Shown here one piece after another: positions 17,580 through 26,514 of a stretch of DNA of 35,225 nucleotides. The translations under genes were made by a program, and so were the position numbers. Each line of letters begins with the position of its first letter. The stretch's first letter is position 1. The DNA is from Bacillota bacterium (GTDB lineage Bacteria; Bacillota; Clostridia; Lachnospirales; Lachnospiraceae): positions 1-35,225 of the forward strand of contig JAEYXC010000297.1 in NCBI GenBank assembly GCA_023428655.1, given 5' to 3'. The notes below the pieces were generated by a model that was given only the letters and a program-made list of their open reading frames with translations, ran no database searches and was not told the DNA's origin.

Positions 17580-19073
17580 ATGGGAAATAAAATAAAAATA
17601 TTACCCGGCATTCCCGATGATAATAATCGGGAGTATCTGCCGGAAGCAATCAAAGGCTCGGATATTGTAGTGAATGAGAATGGTAACAATTCACAGCCAT
17701 ATCCAAAAAGACTACAGGAGTTTCATGAAATCATGGGTAATCATACACCGGACACCTGGTATGAATATGTACCGGAGTGCTATGACCCTACAAAGAAAAC
17801 ACCTCTTGTATTTGCCATGCATGGCGGATTAATGACCGGCTGGGGACAGGCAATCTATACCTCATGGACCATGGTTGCCGATCGGGACAATATCATCGTC
17901 GTATTCCCGAATGCTCACTCAAGAAGATTATGGACTCTTGAGGCAACTGAAGTCGAGCTCAAAATCAATACCGAAATGCCTGATTTTATGAAGCAGAACC
18001 TAGCGGCAAATGAAGAAAATCCGGATATAAAGCTGGTCTTTGCCTTATTGGACTACCTAAAGGGCAAGTATAATATTGATGAGGGACGAATCTTCATGCA
18101 GGGCATGTCCAATGGAAATATGTTTACGTCCCATTTTGCTAGGTATTACGGGGACTATTTGACAGCTGCATCCGGGGCCGGTGGCGGGACACCCAATCCC
18201 CGCCTGCTCTATCAGGAGGGAAAGCTTAAGAATCAGGCCGGCCCTATCGGGATGTGGACCTCGATACCGGAGACAAATGGTTGCCCGCCATGGTGTGAAT
18301 TCGATGATTCAACCATCTACAAATACACTAGAGTATATTGGAATGAGTTGAATGGCTGTAATACCGATCCGCAGATCAGTATCATTGGAGAACATGCCTT
18401 TGCCTTTTATCAAGGTGATAAGGTGGATAATGTTTTCCTAGATATTAAGAACAGGGATCATGGCCAGACCTTGGATGAAGCAGCCTTGGTATGGGATTAT
18501 TATTTCTCTGGACTGAGAAGAAAAGCGGATGGAACCATTATTGATGAGGGTTCAAGAATTCCACGAGTGGGTGATCCATTTGCCATTGCAGTTGCAGATG
18601 GCTGTACCACTGCCTGGTTTGAGAATAAGAGGGTGGAAATGAAGGCGCCGGCAATTAAATGGCAAAAGTTGAAATATCACGGCTTAAATGGTGGACAGAA
18701 GGTTAAGGGAGAATACCTTTGTGTACCCATTTCATTTATCGCCTTGGCCTTTGGTATGGAATACAGCTACGAAGAGGAGGGAGCCGTTGCTTACCTGTAT
18801 ACAAAGGATCAGAGAGAATTGCAGTTTGCAAGAGGAAGCATTGTCTGCATAATCAACAATGAGATCCGCAGTATGTACTGTGAAGCCTTACATAGAGAGG
18901 GTGAGCTGTGTATTTCCCTAGAATGGTTTGCTAGATTTGTAATGAATATGTGTGCTTCCAGGTGCGAGGATGTACTATATGTAACGGATCATCATGCAGA
19001 GCTTGGAGTAAATATGGCGGATATCATTCGTAACCTCCTGCACAATGAAAAGGAAACGATTGAAAATATATAG
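17580..19073 (+). CDS. PHB-depolymerase/LpqC-like esterase + copper-amine-oxidase N-like domain (paralog 2)
   Basis: Same architecture: LVFAMHG, GMSNG, NRDHG, CVPISFIALAFG. Start moved to ATG 17580 after GGAGG. Confidence 0.82.
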   Translation: MGNKIKILPGIPDDNNREYLPEAIKGSDIVVNENGNNSQPYPKRLQEFHEIMGNHTPDTWYEYVPECYDPTKKTPLVFAMHGGLMTGWGQAIYTSWTMVADRDNIIVVFPNAHSRRLWTLEATEVELKINTEMPDFMKQNLAANEENPDIKLVFALLDYLKGKYNIDEGRIFMQGMSNGNMFTSHFARYYGDYLTAASGAGGGTPNPRLLYQEGKLKNQAGPIGMWTSIPETNGCPPWCEFDDSTIYKYTRVYWNELNGCNTDPQISIIGEHAFAFYQGDKVDNVFLDIKNRDHGQTLDEAALVWDYYFSGLRRKADGTIIDEGSRIPRVGDPFAIAVADGCTTAWFENKRVEMKAPAIKWQKLKYHGLNGGQKVKGEYLCVPISFIALAFGMEYSYEEEGAVAYLYTKDQRELQFARGSIVCIINNEIRSMYCEALHREGELCISLEWFARFVMNMCASRCEDVLYVTDHHAELGVNMADIIRNLLHNEKETIENI

Positions 19074-19089
19074 AAGGGAGGATATTGAT

Positions 19090-20589
19090 TTGGCAGAGCT
19101 TAGAATATTACCGGGTACTCCGGATGATGATAACCGTGAGTATCTTCCGGAGAAAATCCGATTTACGGATATTGTTGTAAACGAGAATGGCAATAATTCC
19201 ATCGTATATCCGAAAGGACTGAAGGAATTTAAGGAAGTGGTTATCAACGGTGTGGAAGATGTCTGGTATGAATATGTACCGGAAAGCTATGATCCGAATA
19301 AGAAGGTTCCCCTTATTATCGGATTACATGGAGGACTTATGACAGGCTGGGGACATGCCATCTACACCTCATGGACCCTAGTAGCGGAAAGAGAGGGCTT
19401 GATCTGTCTCTTCCCCAATGCTCATGAGAAAAGGATGTGGGCTAATTATGGTATTTTTGATGACTTTGATCCGGCCCTGGCACCGGACCTTCCTATTGTG
19501 ATTCCGCCAAAGGACATTAAGGATAATCATGATATGAATATGATACTCGCCCTGATTGATAAAATGAAGGAGAAATATAATATCGATGAAGGCAGAATAT
19601 TTATGCAGGGTATGTCCATGGGTAACCTAATGACGGGGCAGTTTGCAAGAGAATACGGAGATATTTTAGCCGGTGCAGCCGGTTCGGGGGGACCCAGCGA
19701 GCTTAAGAATATATTCGATCCGCAGGGAAGGATTATTAACAAGGCTGGTCATCTTGCCATCTGGCAGTCACGACCGGAGCAAAATGGACTTCCACCAGGG
19801 AAAGAATATGATGAGTACACAGTAAATAGGATGAACCGTATCTACTGGATGAGACTTAATGAGTGCGAGCTGGTTCCGCAGATCAGCATTATTGGGGAAG
19901 ACAATTTCGCCTTCTATAAAGGGAAAAAAGCGGATCTGGTATATCTGGACATTAAGAACCGGGATCATGGCCAGACCTTAGACGAAGCCTTCCTTTATTG
20001 GGATTATCTATTCTCGGGTACCAGAAGAAACGAAGATGGTACGATTACTCATGAGGAAAGCAAGCTACCTAGATGCGGAGATGAGTTTGGTGTTGCAGTA
20101 GCAGAAGGCTTTGATAAAGCATGGTTTAAAAACAAGGTCGTAGATTTAAGAACAAAAGCTATTCAATGGGATAAGCTTAAATACCACGGCTTAAATGGGG
20201 ATCAGGTGGTTCGAGGTTCCTACCTTTGTGTTCCGATTTCATTCCTTGCACAGGTTTTCGAAGCGGATTATCATACCGACGATAATGGAGCCAGCGTTAC
20301 ATTAACACTCAAGGATGGGAGAAGATTGCAGTTCGCGCGAGGAAGCATTGGCTGTCTGATTGATGATACTCTTCGTTGTATGTATTGTGAAGCTCTTCAC
20401 CGCGAGAATGAATTACTGATATCCATCGAATGGTTCGCTAAATATTTCTATGGACTTACAGTTACAAGCTGCGAGGGTGTTACCTACATTACGGACCATT
20501 TTGCTGATTTATCTGCTTTCATGGCAGACCTGATCAAGGATTTGTTGGGTGGTAACATGGTCCCGGACAATTATGATGGGATGCTTTAA
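19090..20589 (+). CDS. PHB-depolymerase/LpqC-like esterase + copper-amine-oxidase N-like domain (paralog 3)
   Basis: LIIGLHG, GMSMG, NRDHG, CVPISFLAQVF. TTG start at 19090, 8 nt after GGGAGG, matches the paralog N-termini. Confidence 0.82.
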   Translation: MAELRILPGTPDDDNREYLPEKIRFTDIVVNENGNNSIVYPKGLKEFKEVVINGVEDVWYEYVPESYDPNKKVPLIIGLHGGLMTGWGHAIYTSWTLVAEREGLICLFPNAHEKRMWANYGIFDDFDPALAPDLPIVIPPKDIKDNHDMNMILALIDKMKEKYNIDEGRIFMQGMSMGNLMTGQFAREYGDILAGAAGSGGPSELKNIFDPQGRIINKAGHLAIWQSRPEQNGLPPGKEYDEYTVNRMNRIYWMRLNECELVPQISIIGEDNFAFYKGKKADLVYLDIKNRDHGQTLDEAFLYWDYLFSGTRRNEDGTITHEESKLPRCGDEFGVAVAEGFDKAWFKNKVVDLRTKAIQWDKLKYHGLNGDQVVRGSYLCVPISFLAQVFEADYHTDDNGASVTLTLKDGRRLQFARGSIGCLIDDTLRCMYCEALHRENELLISIEWFAKYFYGLTVTSCEGVTYITDHFADLSAFMADLIKDLLGGNMVPDNYDGML

Positions 20590-20731
20590 ATTCGGATGAT
20601 TATTGACCGGCACAAGTTCCATATTGCATTTAAAGTATTATATTAGGTATAATTGGAAGAAGAGGATAAGGGAAGAGAGAAAGATCCTAGTCAAAAATAG
20701 CCAGTGGAAGCATAGAGAAAAGGAGTTTATT

Positions 20732-21838
20732 ATGAATCAAATAATTGCATATACACATATCGGTGATTATGGACAGGCAGTTGACAGTATAAAATTTGTA
20801 TTAGATAATGATGTAAAGATGAAGGAGGTATCCCTTACAATCGAAGGTCATTATTGTGATTTGAGCGGTAAGGCTTTATCAAAGGGGATATTATCAATAG
20901 AAAAGACAGCGGATGGAGTAGAGGCTCTGTTAGATCCGTTTTTGTACCGGTATGATTTTAAGATCTCAGGTTGGATTGGCGAAGAAGAGGTCAAGGTAAC
21001 AAAGTCGGAGATAAATGAAATCGTTGTCCAGGATTTAGATACCTTTACTCCAAAGCATGAAAATGGTGTGATATATAGAATATACGAGCCGGAGGCAATC
21101 ACAGCAAGACCCTTGGTATTATTTCTACATGGTGGCGGAGAATGTGGTGAGGATAATGTACTTCAAATGACAGGTACCATCGGAGCATTAAGATTAGCCC
21201 AGAAATGGCCGGAGATGTATATTATGGCACCCCAGGCTCCGGGTGGCTCTCTTAGTATGCTGGAGAACTTTGAGGTGATGAAAAAGAGAGGCAATCCTTT
21301 CCGCGTTGAGATGGGAATGACTCCATTTTCCTTAAAGGGTGAGAGAGGCTGGAATAGGGATTACTTAGGTAAAGTATGTGATATTATTCGCAGGATGATT
21401 GCTGATGGAAAGGTTGATGGCAAGAGAGTGTATGTGATTGGAATGAGCATGGGTGGAGGAGGAACCATTAACGCGGTTTCAGTAGCACCGGATTTATTTG
21501 CAGCGGCAGCGCCTATTTGCCCTAGTATGAATGGTGAAAGCTATGCTCAGCTATTACATTGGCCAAAGGTTCCTGTCTGGATCTCTACAGCATATATGGA
21601 TCATCAGCATGGCAGACATGCATATCTCTTAAATGCATGCAACAAACTATGGGACGAAGGCAGAAGGGATGTTAAGTATACCATGTATCTTCCGGAGGAG
21701 CTGGAGGCATATGGGATAGGCACTACGGAGGGAATTTCGGATAAGGAACTGGACGCAGAAAACCACAATAGCTGGATACTTACATTACATAATGAAAAAG
21801 GAATTCTCGATTGGATGATTTCTCATGTAAAGGAATAG
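20732..21838 (+). CDS. EstA/COG4099-like esterase (N-terminal beta domain + alpha/beta hydrolase), paralog A
   Basis: YRIYEP..RPLVLFLHGGGECGEDN, APQ, RVYVIGMSMGG, FAAAAPIC, ENHNSW. RBS AAGGAG before ATG 20732. Confidence 0.82.
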   Translation: MNQIIAYTHIGDYGQAVDSIKFVLDNDVKMKEVSLTIEGHYCDLSGKALSKGILSIEKTADGVEALLDPFLYRYDFKISGWIGEEEVKVTKSEINEIVVQDLDTFTPKHENGVIYRIYEPEAITARPLVLFLHGGGECGEDNVLQMTGTIGALRLAQKWPEMYIMAPQAPGGSLSMLENFEVMKKRGNPFRVEMGMTPFSLKGERGWNRDYLGKVCDIIRRMIADGKVDGKRVYVIGMSMGGGGTINAVSVAPDLFAAAAPICPSMNGESYAQLLHWPKVPVWISTAYMDHQHGRHAYLLNACNKLWDEGRRDVKYTMYLPEELEAYGIGTTEGISDKELDAENHNSWILTLHNEKGILDWMISHVKE

Positions 21839-21867
21839 ACTTTTTATTTTAAGTGAGGGAAAAATGA

Positions 21868-22854
21868 ATGGCAACAATCAAGGATGTAGCTAGGCATGCG
21901 AATGTATCAATAGCAACCGTATCAAGAATCATCAACAATCGGGGACCCATCAGTGATATTACCCGACAAAAGGTATACGCTTCAATGAAAACCCTAAATT
22001 ATCAGCCCAATGAGATGGCAAGGGCACTACAGAAGCAAAAAAGCAATATGATTGGTTTGATTGTGCCATCCATTGAGTACCCTTTCTTTAGCAGATTAAT
22101 CGAGGCGATCGAGGAGACCTGCCATAACAGCGGATATAAGCTTATGCTATGTCGTTCCGCGGAGAACGAGGATCGAGAGATTGAAATGGTATCCATGCTG
22201 GAGGGAAACAAGGTCGATGGGATAATACTGTGCAGCAGGCTTGGCGATGCCAGTATTTATGCAGGCAAGACCTTGCCGATTGTCAGCATTGACCGAAATA
22301 TTGAGGGACTTTCCACCGTTACATCGGATAATTATTATGGTGGTTCCCTTGCTGCCAAGGAGCTCTATAAAGCGGGAAGCAGGCATCCGGTATTGATCGG
22401 GAATAAAATACCGGATTATATGGCTATGAATGACAGAACGGTTGGTTACTTGGAAGAATGTAAGAAATTAGGACTGGAACCGCGGTATCATAGTATTTCC
22501 CAGGAGTTATTTGACGAAGACTCCATCGTACAAAGCTTTTTGAAAGGGCTGGAGCAATACCGGGATATGGACGGTTTGTTTATTACAGGGGATGCACTAG
22601 CTGCCAAAATAGTATGCAATGCGAAGATAAGAAAAACAGGAATTATCGATAGGATACCGATTATTAGCTATGACGGATTGGAGATATCGAAGCTTCTAGA
22701 AATTTCAACAATCGCACAACCAATTTATGAGATGGGAGTGTGTGCGACGGAACAGGTTATCCGAGGGATTAAAGGCAAAGTGATGCTTACGCGCTCCATT
22801 TTACCCGTGCAATTAATCGAAAGAGAAAGTACAAAAAGGTATATGAATTGTTGA
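21868..22854 (+). CDS. LacI-family transcriptional repressor (ScrR-like)
   Basis: MATIKDVARHANVSIATVSRIIN HTH; YQPNEMARALQ..SNMIGLIVP; EGNKVDGII; STIAQP. Confidence 0.92.
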   Translation: MATIKDVARHANVSIATVSRIINNRGPISDITRQKVYASMKTLNYQPNEMARALQKQKSNMIGLIVPSIEYPFFSRLIEAIEETCHNSGYKLMLCRSAENEDREIEMVSMLEGNKVDGIILCSRLGDASIYAGKTLPIVSIDRNIEGLSTVTSDNYYGGSLAAKELYKAGSRHPVLIGNKIPDYMAMNDRTVGYLEECKKLGLEPRYHSISQELFDEDSIVQSFLKGLEQYRDMDGLFITGDALAAKIVCNAKIRKTGIIDRIPIISYDGLEISKLLEISTIAQPIYEMGVCATEQVIRGIKGKVMLTRSILPVQLIERESTKRYMNC

Positions 22855-22872
22855 TGGAAGGGAGATAGATAC

Positions 22873-23712
22873 ATGTCACTGTTAACATATAATTTTGAAA
22901 GTGAATATTTGAATAATAACCACCAGATATCAGTAATACTACCGGATAAAAAGAGAGGTGTGACTCCGGAGGAATTTTATCGTAGCGGTAAGAAATATAA
23001 GGTTCTATGGCTGCTTCATGGAACCTATGGTGATCACACTGATTGGATTCGAAAAACGAATATTGAGCTTTATGCTGCGGAGAGGGACCTGGTGGTCGTA
23101 ATGCCTTCGGCGCTCAACTCCAACTATTCAAATTGGCCGACAGCAATGCTTGGCTTTAATATGTATGACTACTTTACCAAGGAGTTAATGCCTCTTATTT
23201 ACGGCTGGCTACCCGTATCGGACAAAAGAGAAGACAATTTTATTGCAGGACTTTCTATGGGCGGTCGGGGTGCAATCAAATTTGCAGTGAATTATCCGGA
23301 GCTATTTGCAGCAGCTGCAGTGCTCTCAGCAGTTCCGGTTCCCTTTGATGAGTTACGTCCCGGTCATCCCTGCATTGTTATGGATACTGCTAATCCCAGA
23401 ATGGTTCAGATTATTGAAAATGCAGGAGGCTTTGAGGCTTATGCAGCTAGCGAAGAAAATGTTTGGGCTCTCATTGATCAGCTGGCTCCAACGGGCAGAC
23501 TACCAAGATTAATGTTTGCATGTGGTCATGAGGATCTTCTTCTCTATGATAGATACAAAGCCTTCCAGGAGCATTGCAAGGAGATCGGCTTAGAAGTGAA
23601 GTGGTTTGATCTTCCACAGTTCAAGCATGAGTGGAGATTCTGGGATCTGTCCATACAGGAGGCACTTAATTTCTTCGGACTCAAGGAAGCAGATGGAGGA
23701 AATCCGTTCTAA
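22873..23712 (+). CDS. PF00756-type esterase (intact triad)
   Basis: VLWLLHG, REDNFIAGLSMGGRG, CGHED, KHEW. Confidence 0.9.
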   Translation: MSLLTYNFESEYLNNNHQISVILPDKKRGVTPEEFYRSGKKYKVLWLLHGTYGDHTDWIRKTNIELYAAERDLVVVMPSALNSNYSNWPTAMLGFNMYDYFTKELMPLIYGWLPVSDKREDNFIAGLSMGGRGAIKFAVNYPELFAAAAVLSAVPVPFDELRPGHPCIVMDTANPRMVQIIENAGGFEAYAASEENVWALIDQLAPTGRLPRLMFACGHEDLLLYDRYKAFQEHCKEIGLEVKWFDLPQFKHEWRFWDLSIQEALNFFGLKEADGGNPF

Positions 23713-23726
23713 GCAGGAAACTATTT

Positions 23727-23760
23727 GGGGTGCCGAATGAAATGTGCGGCGCCCTTTTTC
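23727..23760 (+). terminator. Rho-independent terminator of the esterase/LacI operon
   Basis: GGGGTGCCG / CGGCGCCCT stem followed by TTTT. Confidence 0.7.
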
Positions 23761-24080
23761 GTTCTTGTTATTTATCATACTCAGGTTTATATAGAAAGTG
23801 TGTGATTATAATCCAACAGAGACACGTTCTCACTCGGTTGCCGCACCTAGCGGTACATAAGGTTGCGTCAGAAAAGTGCATCTGACACAACCTAAGTACC
23901 GAGGGCGGCAAACGGTCTCTTTATGGATTAACAATCACACGCTTTCTATGTTCGTTCTTGATGATGTACCGCTATGAGCGACAACCGAGTGGAAACGTAT
24001 CTCTGGTGGATAATAGTCATCCGCTATTCTTCGTATGCTTTATTCTTGATAAACCTCATTGAAAAGGGTGCCGCACTTCA
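23738..24080. repeat. Nested inverted-repeat element with three copies of a roughly 50-80 bp unit (MITE/REPIN-like or structured RNA)
   Basis: Outer IR 23738-23760/24061-24080. Hairpin 23791-23872/23881-23949. Segment 23812-23858 matches the reverse complement of 23964-24010 at 40/47 nt. Confidence 0.75.
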
Positions 24081-24082
24081 GC

Positions 24083-25264
24083 CTAACTATTCATACATTC
24101 ATAAGCGAGATCCCTGATCCTTGGATGAATCTCATGATAAACCTTAGGGAAGCCCATTATGTGCTGTGCATAGAAGATACTGATATGGTTGAAGGGATCG
24201 ACTAATGCATAAGCACCGGCTGCACCATCCCATCCAAATTCGCCAAGAGGTGATTTGGAGACTTTGTCATCAACAAGAACTCGAACGCCCAGACCGTATT
24301 CATAGCCAAGCTTTCCACCAAAGGCAAAGTCCTCACTCATCCGTCCCTTAGTATACGGAATGGTGAAGAGCTTTACGGAATCCTCGGATAGAATTCTAGC
24401 TCCGTTTTCACCCATACCGCCATTGCTTAACGCATCAATAAATGTACTATAGGCATCTACCGTACCTGCGAGACCGGCACCTCCGCTCTCATAGTTCGCC
24501 GTAATCTTAAAGCTATTGGACATAATTCCGTCATCGGGTTTAATTGCATCCGTTCCAAACACGCCCATGTACATGGCACAGATTCGATCCGATAAGCTCT
24601 GATCATCTTCCCAATGGAAGTAGAAATCCTTGATGCCAAGGGGATCAAAAATATGCTCCTTTAGGTACGCGGAATATCTCTGTCCGGATACAACCTCAAC
24701 CACAGCTGCCAGGACATCATGACACAAGCTGTAGGAATATCTTGTTCTAGGCTCATAAACCAGTGGCATTTTAGCCATCATGGCAATCACTTCCCTAGTA
24801 GAGGCTTGATTGTTACTCCGGCTTTTGAGCTCCATCAGCTCCTCTGCAGTGGTATTGTAGGACAATCCGGCGGTCATACTCATAAGATCAATGATTCGAA
24901 TGGTATTATGTGCTAAATGGCATTTATCCGTTGATTTAGGCCATCGCAGAGGAAATTCGAACTTAAATTCATCTGCAACCATCAAGCGATCAAACTCCGG
25001 TAGGTAGTCACGAACCTCATCATAAAGTCTAAGCTTGCCTCTCTCGATCTGTTGCATTACAGCAGTCATGGTTACGACCTTTGTCGCAGAGTAAAGTCGA
25101 AATAGTGTATTCTCCTTAAGAGGAAGTGTATTTTCATAATCAGAATAACCGGTCATATGACGATAAATGACCTCATGATCTTTGGTAATCTTACAGGAAG
25201 CCGCAGGGATTCCATACTCTTTATTCAGGGAATTGATATACTCTGTTAATCTGTTAAAATTCAT
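24083..25264 (-). CDS. Serine hydrolase, beta-lactamase/class C-like fold (family VIII esterase type)
   Basis: FRLYSATK (SxxK), LMSMTAGL, YSYS, GGAGL, EFGWDGAAG; no signal peptide. Start moved to ATG 25264 after AAGGAG. Confidence 0.88.
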   Translation of the reverse strand: MNFNRLTEYINSLNKEYGIPAASCKITKDHEVIYRHMTGYSDYENTLPLKENTLFRLYSATKVVTMTAVMQQIERGKLRLYDEVRDYLPEFDRLMVADEFKFEFPLRWPKSTDKCHLAHNTIRIIDLMSMTAGLSYNTTAEELMELKSRSNNQASTREVIAMMAKMPLVYEPRTRYSYSLCHDVLAAVVEVVSGQRYSAYLKEHIFDPLGIKDFYFHWEDDQSLSDRICAMYMGVFGTDAIKPDDGIMSNSFKITANYESGGAGLAGTVDAYSTFIDALSNGGMGENGARILSEDSVKLFTIPYTKGRMSEDFAFGGKLGYEYGLGVRVLVDDKVSKSPLGEFGWDGAAGAYALVDPFNHISIFYAQHIMGFPKVYHEIHPRIRDLAYECMNS

Positions 25265-25283
25265 AATTACGCTCCTTTTCTCT

Positions 25284-26351
25284 TTATTTGTGCTGGCTGA
25301 CGAGCCAATCCATAATTCCGTATTCATTATTATAAGTAAGTACCCAGGCATTATGATTTTCTGAGAGCTTTTCCAATAGAGGAAGCTTAGGATCTGCAAA
25401 GCCATATCGCTCCATTTCCTCCGGAGAATAGAGAGTAAGGTGTGCATTTTTATTCCCGGAATCCTTCAGCTTCATAATTGCGTCCACAATGTATTTATGC
25501 CGATAAATTGTATGATCAGCATATGCAGTGGAGACCCAAAGCTTTGTGTCAACAAGGGAGCTTAAAATCTGGTATGTATCGGGCATCATGGTCGGGCAGA
25601 TGGGAGCAGCGGCTGCGAATAAATCTCCGGCGACGGATAGAGCACGGAGAGTGCCGCACCCGCCCATGGATAAGCCGGTTACAAATACCTTGTCAGGATT
25701 AACTTTCCCGTCTGCAATCATTCCTCTGATTACATCACATACCTTCGCGATATATTCTCTGTGCCAACCAAAACCCGGCATAATACTGGTGGTATGGAAG
25801 GTGTTTTTAAAAACGATGGAAGGGTCGGGCAGCATTTCTTCAATGCTACCGGGGGCCTGTGGTGCCATAACATATAAATCGGGATACATCTTAGCCAGCT
25901 TTAGTGCGCCAAGAGTACCGGTCATTTGAAGTATATTATCGCTTCCGCATTCTCCGCCGCCATGGAGGAAAAGGAGGAGGGGGCGGGGACCATGGGCCTT
26001 TGGATGATAGAGGCGATAGATAACGTCACCCTCCCTCTTAGCTTCAAAAAGGTCCAAATCCTTAACCCGAATATGATCCAGGTCCACATCCGCTTTGGAG
26101 AAGCTCATCACATGGCTATGATCATGAAGCTCTAATTTAAAGTCACCATTATAATAGATAGGGTCGATGACAATATGATAACCATTGTCAATGGGAGTGA
26201 TCGTGCGAACCTTTCTGTTCACACTTTTATTACCAAGAAAAGCGGTCAGTGAGATATTATTGGCAGTGGGTATAAAAGGCACATCTAGTAAATCAAAGGC
26301 TACCGCCTCCCAACCACGGTTCTTTACCTCAGTTTGAACGAATAATTGCAT
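25284..26351 (-). CDS. EstA/COG4099-like esterase, paralog B
   Basis: YRLYHP..RPLLLFLHGGGECGSDN, VFVTGLSMGG, FAAAAPIC, ENHNAW; clear paralog of 20732-21838. Start moved to ATG 26351. Confidence 0.82.
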   Translation of the reverse strand: MQLFVQTEVKNRGWEAVAFDLLDVPFIPTANNISLTAFLGNKSVNRKVRTITPIDNGYHIVIDPIYYNGDFKLELHDHSHVMSFSKADVDLDHIRVKDLDLFEAKREGDVIYRLYHPKAHGPRPLLLFLHGGGECGSDNILQMTGTLGALKLAKMYPDLYVMAPQAPGSIEEMLPDPSIVFKNTFHTTSIMPGFGWHREYIAKVCDVIRGMIADGKVNPDKVFVTGLSMGGCGTLRALSVAGDLFAAAAPICPTMMPDTYQILSSLVDTKLWVSTAYADHTIYRHKYIVDAIMKLKDSGNKNAHLTLYSPEEMERYGFADPKLPLLEKLSENHNAWVLTYNNEYGIMDWLVSQHK

Positions 26352-26514
26352 GAAAATCACCACACCTTTCTTCTTGACGAAGCACAAAGTATTTACTCAT
26401 AGTTTTTAGACCAAAATACAGGAAAAGTACGAAACGAGTTACCCTTAAGGGAGACCTCATTGCTTCGAGTTTTATGAAATTCCCTTACTAGGGTAAAAAT
26501 GGACAATGATAATA

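Noticed and set aside
15913..20589. True copper amine oxidases or extracellular PHB depolymerases
   Set aside because: Only the small non-catalytic N-terminal-like domain is present. There is no signal peptide, PHB-binding domain or PHA metabolism gene nearby.
23738..24080. CRISPR array or tRNA
   Set aside because: The repeats are degenerate, mostly inverted and irregularly spaced, there are no cas genes, and no cloverleaf/T-arm signature is present.
24083..25264. Antibiotic-resistance beta-lactamase
   Set aside because: It has no signal peptide and sits in an esterase/sugar operon; the SxxK fold is shared with family VIII esterases.
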